49,900 nucleotides of DNA from Candidatus Aminicenantes bacterium (lineage in GTDB: Bacteria > Acidobacteriota > Aminicenantia > Aminicenantales > Saccharicenantaceae). Positions 45,573-49,900 of this stretch are shown here, in pieces. The notes under the pieces were generated by a model that searched no databases, had not been told where the DNA came from, and saw only the letters and a list, made by a program, of their open reading frames with translations. The position numbers were made by a program, and so were the translations under genes. Position 1 is the first letter of the stretch. Each line of letters begins with the position of its first letter. The stretch is from contig JBBISK010000001.1 in assembly GCA_037441295.1 (NCBI GenBank), positions 1-49,900 of the forward strand, read 5' to 3'.

Positions 45573-45956
45573 TCAGGCCGGGGCCTTTTCCAGGACAACG
45601 ACCGCCTTGGCCAGGTCCTTGATATGAGAAAGGGAAACCTGCATTCCGGTGATGCCGTGGCCGGCGCAGAACTCGCCGACCTTGCCGTGGACGAAGAGCT
45701 CGGGCTTGCCCAGGGCGTTGTTGATGACCTCGATCTCGGAGAACTTGTGGCCGCCGCTCCAGCCCGTGCCCATGGCCTTGAGGAAGGCCTCCTTGGCGGC
45801 GAAACGGGCGGCATAGTGCTGGGCGGGCCGGTGCTTCGAGTCGCAGTAGGCGATCTCGGTCGGCGTGAAGAGCTTGGTCTTCAGGCCGCCGGTGCGGAGG
45901 AGCTTCTCCTCGACTCGCGCGACCTCGATGATGTCCGTACCAACCCCGAAAATCAA
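45573..45956 (-). CDS. acpS: Holo-[acyl-carrier-protein] synthase (4'-phosphopantetheinyl transferase)
   Basis: MIFGVGTDIIEVARV and AAKEAFLKA are present. Length is 127 aa. The start codon is TTG. Confidence 0.9.
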   Translation of the reverse strand: MIFGVGTDIIEVARVEEKLLRTGGLKTKLFTPTEIAYCDSKHRPAQHYAARFAAKEAFLKAMGTGWSGGHKFSEIEVINNALGKPELFVHGKVGEFCAGHGITGMQVSLSHIKDLAKAVVVLEKAPA

Positions 45957-46053
45957 TGAGATATCGCCTTTCTCAGTGGACGCCGCAGTCGGGGGCGCCC
46001 GGCCCGGCCGCGAGGCGGCGGCCTCGTCCGGGGGCCCGCAAAGACGGACTAGT

Positions 46054-46081
46054 ATTATAAATAAGGCGGGTTAAAAGTCAA
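46054..46081 (-). promoter_or_regulatory. Near-consensus sigma70 promoter for the acpS operon
   Basis: On the minus strand: TTGACT (46081-46076), a 16-nt spacer, then TATAAT (46059-46054). It lies ~95 nt upstream of the acpS start. Confidence 0.6.
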
Positions 46082-46091
46082 AGATCAAGAA

Positions 46092-46144
46092 GGGGTCAGG
46101 TCTACTTTCTTCCAAAAAAAGTGGAAGAAAGTAGACCTGACCCC
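46092..46144. repeat. REP-like perfect hairpin (copy C): 23-bp arms, 7-nt loop
   Basis: GGGGTCAGGTCTACTTTCTTCCA (46092-46114) pairs with TGGAAGAAAGTAGACCTGACCCC (46122-46144). It has the same 19-nt core as copy A at 5739. Confidence 0.9.
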
Positions 46145-46169
46145 ATCCGGCTGACCTGACCCGATCCGG

Positions 46170-46556
46170 CTAGAGGGCGGCGACGACCTTGGCCAGTTTC
46201 GCCCGGACTTCCAACCCGATCGGTTCGAGGGCCGGATTAGCGACCGCCGCCATGGAGGCAATGGGATCGATGGCCGCGACCTCGACCCGGCCGTCCGCAG
46301 TTTCCTGGACGATGACATTGCAGGGAAGCATCAGGCCGATCTTATCCTCGGCCAGAAGGGCTTTGTAGGCGAACGGCGGGTTGCAGGAGCCGAGGATGCG
46401 ATAGTTGCGGAAGTCGACGTTGAGCTTCTCCTTGAGGGTCTTCCGGACGTCGATCTCCGTCAGGACGCCGAAACCCTCCTTCCTGAGCTCCGCCTTGACC
46501 TTCTCGACGGCCGCGTCGAACGGGCCGTCAATTGTCTTGCCGAAATAGTAGCTCAT
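46170..46556 (-). CDS. DUF302 domain protein
   Basis: 128 aa. The pattern GFGVLTEIDV...FRNYRILGSCNP is typical of DUF302, from memory. Confidence 0.7.
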   Translation of the reverse strand: MSYYFGKTIDGPFDAAVEKVKAELRKEGFGVLTEIDVRKTLKEKLNVDFRNYRILGSCNPPFAYKALLAEDKIGLMLPCNVIVQETADGRVEVAAIDPIASMAAVANPALEPIGLEVRAKLAKVVAAL

Positions 46557-46576
46557 GGATCACCTCTCCAAAAGAC

Positions 46577-46680
46577 GGGGTCAGATCTTTATTCTGCCAT
46601 TTTTCAGCGGACATCGCCATGCGGCCATCGTGACCAAGCTTGTGACTCATTAAAAAGTGGCAGAATGGAGATTTGACCCC
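46577..46680. repeat. MITE-like 104-bp element with 23-nt imperfect terminal inverted repeats related to the REP core
   Basis: GGGGTCAGATCTTTATTCTGCCA (46577-46599) pairs with TGGCAGAATGGAGATTTGACCCC (46658-46680), with 20/23 positions complementary. The arms match 18/23 positions of the copy C arm. Confidence 0.75.
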
Positions 46681-46683
46681 ATA

Positions 46684-47883
46684 TTAAACGGCGCCGAGGC
46701 GCTGGCCGACCTTGCGGAATTTTTCGATGGCGAAGTCGATCTGTTCGGGCGTGTGGGCCGCGCTGACCTGAACGCGAATCCGCGACTTCCCCACCGGCAC
46801 GACGGGATAGTAGAAGCCGATGACGTAGATCCCCTCGTCGAGCAGCGCGTTGGCGAAGTCCTGGCTGAGCTTGGCGTCGTTGGGCATGTGGCCCAGGAGG
46901 ACCGGAACGATCGGATGGACCCCGGGAACGATGCGGAACCCGGCCTCCTCCATCCCCTTGCGGAAGCGCCGGGTGTTGGCCATCAGGCGGTCGCGGAGTT
47001 CGGCCGACTCCTCGAGGATCTTGAGGACTTCGACCGTGGCGCCGGCGATGGCCGGGGCGAGCGAGTTCGAAAAAAGGTACGGCCGGGAGCGCTGCCGGAG
47101 AAGGTCGATGATCTCCTGACGCCCCGCGACGCAGCCGCCCGACGCCCCGCCCAGGGCCTTGCCGAACGTCGTGACGATGAGGTCCACCTTATCCATGACC
47201 CCGCAGTGTTCGTGCGTGCCGCGGCCGGTCGGCCCGATGAACCCGGTCGCGTGAGAATCGTCGACGAGGACCAGGGCTTCGTACCTCTCGGCCAGATCGC
47301 AGATCCTGTCGACCTGGGCGATGATGCCGTCCATGGAGAAGACGCCGTCCGTGACTATGAGCTTGAACTTGGCCTCCCGGGCGTGAATGAGCTGGTCTTC
47401 AAGGTCGGCCATGTCGTTGTTGCGGTAGATGTACCGTTTCGCCTTGGCCAGCCGGACGCCGTCGATGATCGAGGCGTGGTTAAGCTCGTCGGAGACGATG
47501 GCGCACCCCTCGTCGAGGAGCGGCTCGAAGACGCCGCCGTTGGCGTCGAAGGCCGACGAGTAGAGCAGCGCGTCATCCATCCGCAGAAAGTCCGCCAGGC
47601 GGCGCTCGAGTTCCTTATGGACACCCTGGGTGCCGCAGATGAAGCGGACCGAGGCCATGCCGAAGCCCCAGCGGAAGAAGGCGTAGTTCGCGGCGGCCAT
47701 GACCCGCGGCTCGTTGCACAGCCCGAGATAGTTGTTGGCGCAGAAATTAAGGACTCGGGCCCCCGACTCGGTGCGGATCTCGACGCCCTGGGGGGTGGCC
47801 AGGACCCTTTCCGTCTTAAAGAGGCCTCGATCCCGGATCTGGCGGAGTTCGGCCTCGAGGTGGTCCTTGAATCGTCCGTACAT
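46684..47883 (-). CDS. kbl: Glycine C-acetyltransferase (2-amino-3-ketobutyrate CoA ligase)
   Basis: 399 aa, collinear with E. coli Kbl as I recall it: [79 protein letters not shown] and SAAHTPEQI. Confidence 0.9.
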   Translation of the reverse strand: MYGRFKDHLEAELRQIRDRGLFKTERVLATPQGVEIRTESGARVLNFCANNYLGLCNEPRVMAAANYAFFRWGFGMASVRFICGTQGVHKELERRLADFLRMDDALLYSSAFDANGGVFEPLLDEGCAIVSDELNHASIIDGVRLAKAKRYIYRNNDMADLEDQLIHAREAKFKLIVTDGVFSMDGIIAQVDRICDLAERYEALVLVDDSHATGFIGPTGRGTHEHCGVMDKVDLIVTTFGKALGGASGGCVAGRQEIIDLLRQRSRPYLFSNSLAPAIAGATVEVLKILEESAELRDRLMANTRRFRKGMEEAGFRIVPGVHPIVPVLLGHMPNDAKLSQDFANALLDEGIYVIGFYYPVVPVGKSRIRVQVSAAHTPEQIDFAIEKFRKVGQRLGAV

Positions 47884-48000
47884 GATCGTAATCCCTTTCT
47901 CGAACGACGATTAATTATACAGGATAGAGAAGGGACCCGAAAGCGGCCCAACCCCTCAGGCCTAGTCGGTTTCACTCTCATTGCTTCTGACCCCTCGTCA

Positions 48001-48029
48001 TTGACCGACATGATGGGTTGGGATATAAA
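48001..48029 (+). promoter_or_regulatory. Sigma70-like promoter for the MFS gene
   Basis: TTGACC (48001-48006), a 17-nt spacer, then TATAAA (48024-48029). The first ATG (48039) would be only ~3-5 nt from the predicted TSS, implying a leaderless or very short leader mRNA. Confidence 0.45.
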
Positions 48030-48038
48030 CGGACCGCC

Positions 48039-49290
48039 ATGACAGGGGACGTGGCGGCCGTTCAAAACGGAGGCAAGGCGGCTCTCGCTCCGGGGGACAA
48101 GCGTCGCGCCCTCGCCTGCCTCGCCCTGGCCGAATTCCTGGGCATGTCGGTCTGGTTTTCGGCCTCGGCCGTCGTCCCGGCCCTCGGCGCGACCTGGAAC
48201 CTGGGCCCGTCGGGACAGGCCTGGCTGACGATGTCCGTCCAGCTCGGGTTCGTCATCGGCGCCTTCGGGTCCGCCGTCCTTAACATCGCCGACCGCCTCG
48301 ATTCCCGCCTCCTGTTCTCGGCGTCCGCAGTGCTCGCGGCCGGCGCGACCGCCCTCATCCCGGCGACGGCAGCCGGTCCAGGAGCAGCGCTCGTCCTCCG
48401 TCTCGTTGCCGGCATCTTCCTAGCGGGCGTCTATCCCGTCGGCATGAAGATCATGGCCACGTGGACCCGCGCCGACCGCGGCTTCGGGATCGGCCTCCTC
48501 GTCGGGGCGCTGACCCTCGGGTCGGCCGCCCCACATCTCGTCCGGGCCCTGGGCGCGGCCGCGGACTGGCGGCCCGTCCTCTACGTGAGCGCCGCCCTCG
48601 CCGCAGCCGGCGGCCTCGTCGCCCTCGTCCTCTTCCGCGAGGGGCCCGACCGCGCGCCCGCGCCCCGCTTCGACTGGAGATATGCCGGCGGGATCTGGCG
48701 GGACCGGGCCATCGCCCTCGCCAACCTCGGGTACTTCGGGCATATGTGGGAGCTCTACGCGGTATGGACCTGGGTCCCCGTTTTTATCGCCGCGAGCTTC
48801 CGGGCCGCGGGTGTGGCCGACCGGCTGGCCGCCCTAGCGGCCTTCGCCGTCGTCGCCGCGGGCGGCGCGGGCAGCCTCGTCGCGGGGCGGCTCGCCGACC
48901 GCTTCGGCCGGACCGCCGTGACCTCCGTCGATGGCCGCGAGCGGCCTGTGCTGCCTCACGGCCGGCCTTCTTTTCGGGGGAGAACCCTGGTTCCTCCTGG
49001 CCGTCTGCATCGTCTGGGGGTTCACCGTCGTGGCCGATTCGGCCCAGTTCTCGGCGGGCGTGAGCGAACTTTGTCCGCCGGAGCGGACGGGCACGGCCCT
49101 GACGCTTCAAACCAGTCTGGGGTTCCTGTTGACGCTGGTGCCAATCCGGCTCATCCCGACGCTCGAGCGGGCCGTCGGCTGGCGCTGGGCGTTCGCGGCC
49201 CTGGCCGTCGGGCCGGCCCTCGGCATCCTGGCCATGCTCAGGCTGCGGCGTCTCCCCGCCGCGGTCCGGATGGCCTCCGGCCGCCGATGA
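48039..49290 (+). pseudogene. MFS transporter interrupted by a +1 frameshift near 48922-48931
   Basis: The first ~300 codons (ORF 48018..49319) are MFS-like up to ...GRLADRFGRTAVTSV and then degenerate into an Arg/Pro/Gly tail. The continuation MAASGLCCLTAGLLFG...VADSAQFSAGVSEL... lies in frame +1 (ORF 48931..49290). That frame is closed upstream by a TGA at 48919. Confidence 0.7.
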
Positions 49291-49299
49291 CCAGGCAAC

Positions 49300-49725
49300 C
49301 TATAGCCCTTCGATCATGAGGCAGAACTCGTTGTTCTTCCGGTCGGCGTCCGGGATCTTTTTCTTCCGGTCGGAGGTGCCGCAGATCTCGTAGAGCCCGA
49401 TGCTCAGCTTGACCGAGAAGGTGTAGGAGAACTCGTCGCCGGGGTCCAGGGCCCCGATCTGCCGCTTGAAGGTCTTGGCCACCTGCCGGGGGGCGTGGCC
49501 GTTTTTGACGATGATGTCCATGTCCGATTCCGGCGCCGCCGCGGCGCCTTTGTTCCTGACGGTCACGGTGATCTTGACGTCCTGGTTCGGCCTCAGGAGG
49601 GGTGTGGACTTGAGCTGCACGGCCAGGTCCGGCCGGGGCTCGGCCGCAGGAGCGGCGGCTTGGGGGCGGGCCGCCGTCGCGGCCAGGAGCGCCGCTCCGA
49701 CGACGAAAGCGATCCTCTTTCCCAT
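49300..49725 (-). CDS. Secreted CARDB-domain protein
   Basis: Start at MGKRIAFVVGAALLAATAA (RBS GGAGG). PDLAVQL...VKITVTVRNKGAAAAP is the typical CARDB pattern. Confidence 0.7.
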   Translation of the reverse strand: MGKRIAFVVGAALLAATAARPQAAAPAAEPRPDLAVQLKSTPLLRPNQDVKITVTVRNKGAAAAPESDMDIIVKNGHAPRQVAKTFKRQIGALDPGDEFSYTFSVKLSIGLYEICGTSDRKKKIPDADRKNNEFCLMIEGL

Positions 49726-49754
49726 GCCGACCTCCTGGGCGGACAAGGCCCGGC

Positions 49755-49900
49755 TCATGTTCTCCTGAAGGTCAGCGTCGTCGAGGCCTGGGCCGTCGGC
49801 ATGACGACGATCTCGGCGACGTTGACGTGCGGCGGCCGCGTCGCGCACCAGACGACGGCGTCGGCGATATCATCCGGCGAGAGCGGCGTCAGCCCCTGGT
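49755..49900 (-). CDS. Short-chain dehydrogenase/reductase (SDR), C-terminal fragment (5' part beyond window)
   Basis: The minus-strand translation ...QGLTPLSPDDIADAVVWCATRPPHVNVAEIVVMPTAQASTTLTFRRT* matches the conserved C-terminus of YdfG-like SDRs. Confidence 0.75.
   Translation of the reverse strand, partial: QGLTPLSPDDIADAVVWCATRPPHVNVAEIVVMPTAQASTTLTFRRT

Noticed and set aside
1-49900. CRISPR arrays, cas genes, toxin-antitoxin pairs, restriction-modification systems or other recognisable defence systems.
   Set aside because: No regularly spaced direct repeats were seen. The only recurrent repeats are the REP/MITE palindromes and the GGGAC palindromes. No defence-type protein families were recognised.

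Overview
High-GC (~65-68%) bacterial chromosomal window from a Gram-negative-type organism: it encodes TatC, a TonB-dependent receptor and an outer-membrane beta-barrel protein. Coding density is high, and many genes are translationally coupled through ATGA or TGATG overlaps. No rRNA, tRNA or CRISPR array was seen. Most content is housekeeping or carbohydrate-related: tatC, an aldehyde dehydrogenase, dCMP deaminase, queCDE and queF, ilvE, fhs, GH35, a DUF2961/GH172-like protein, a Gfo/Idh/MocA oxidoreductase next to a DUF1080 protein, alkaline phosphatase, and btuB behind a cobalamin riboswitch. The points worth a second look are these. (1) A minus-strand operon of two Ddl-like ATP-grasp ligases, a small GNAT and lysine 2,3-aminomutase. 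(2) An operon of acpS, an AcsA-like adenylating enzyme, a DltC-like carrier protein and a Kbl-like alpha-oxoamine synthase, with a second orthodox kbl 3 kb away. (3) A low-GC RAYT (IS200-like Y1 transposase with a DnaA-C-like HTH) bracketed by REP-type hairpins; related copies 40 kb away bracket a DUF302 gene. (4) An orphan extended -10 promoter followed by ~275 nt of noncoding sequence ending in a 14-bp GC hairpin. (5) A small Cys-rich protein translationally coupled to a radical SAM enzyme. (6) A recurring GGGAC-T-GTCCC palindrome family in intergenic regions. There are also two decayed transporter genes and a formate-THF ligase that looks eukaryote-like. Most long ORFs antisense to these genes look like GC-driven artefacts.
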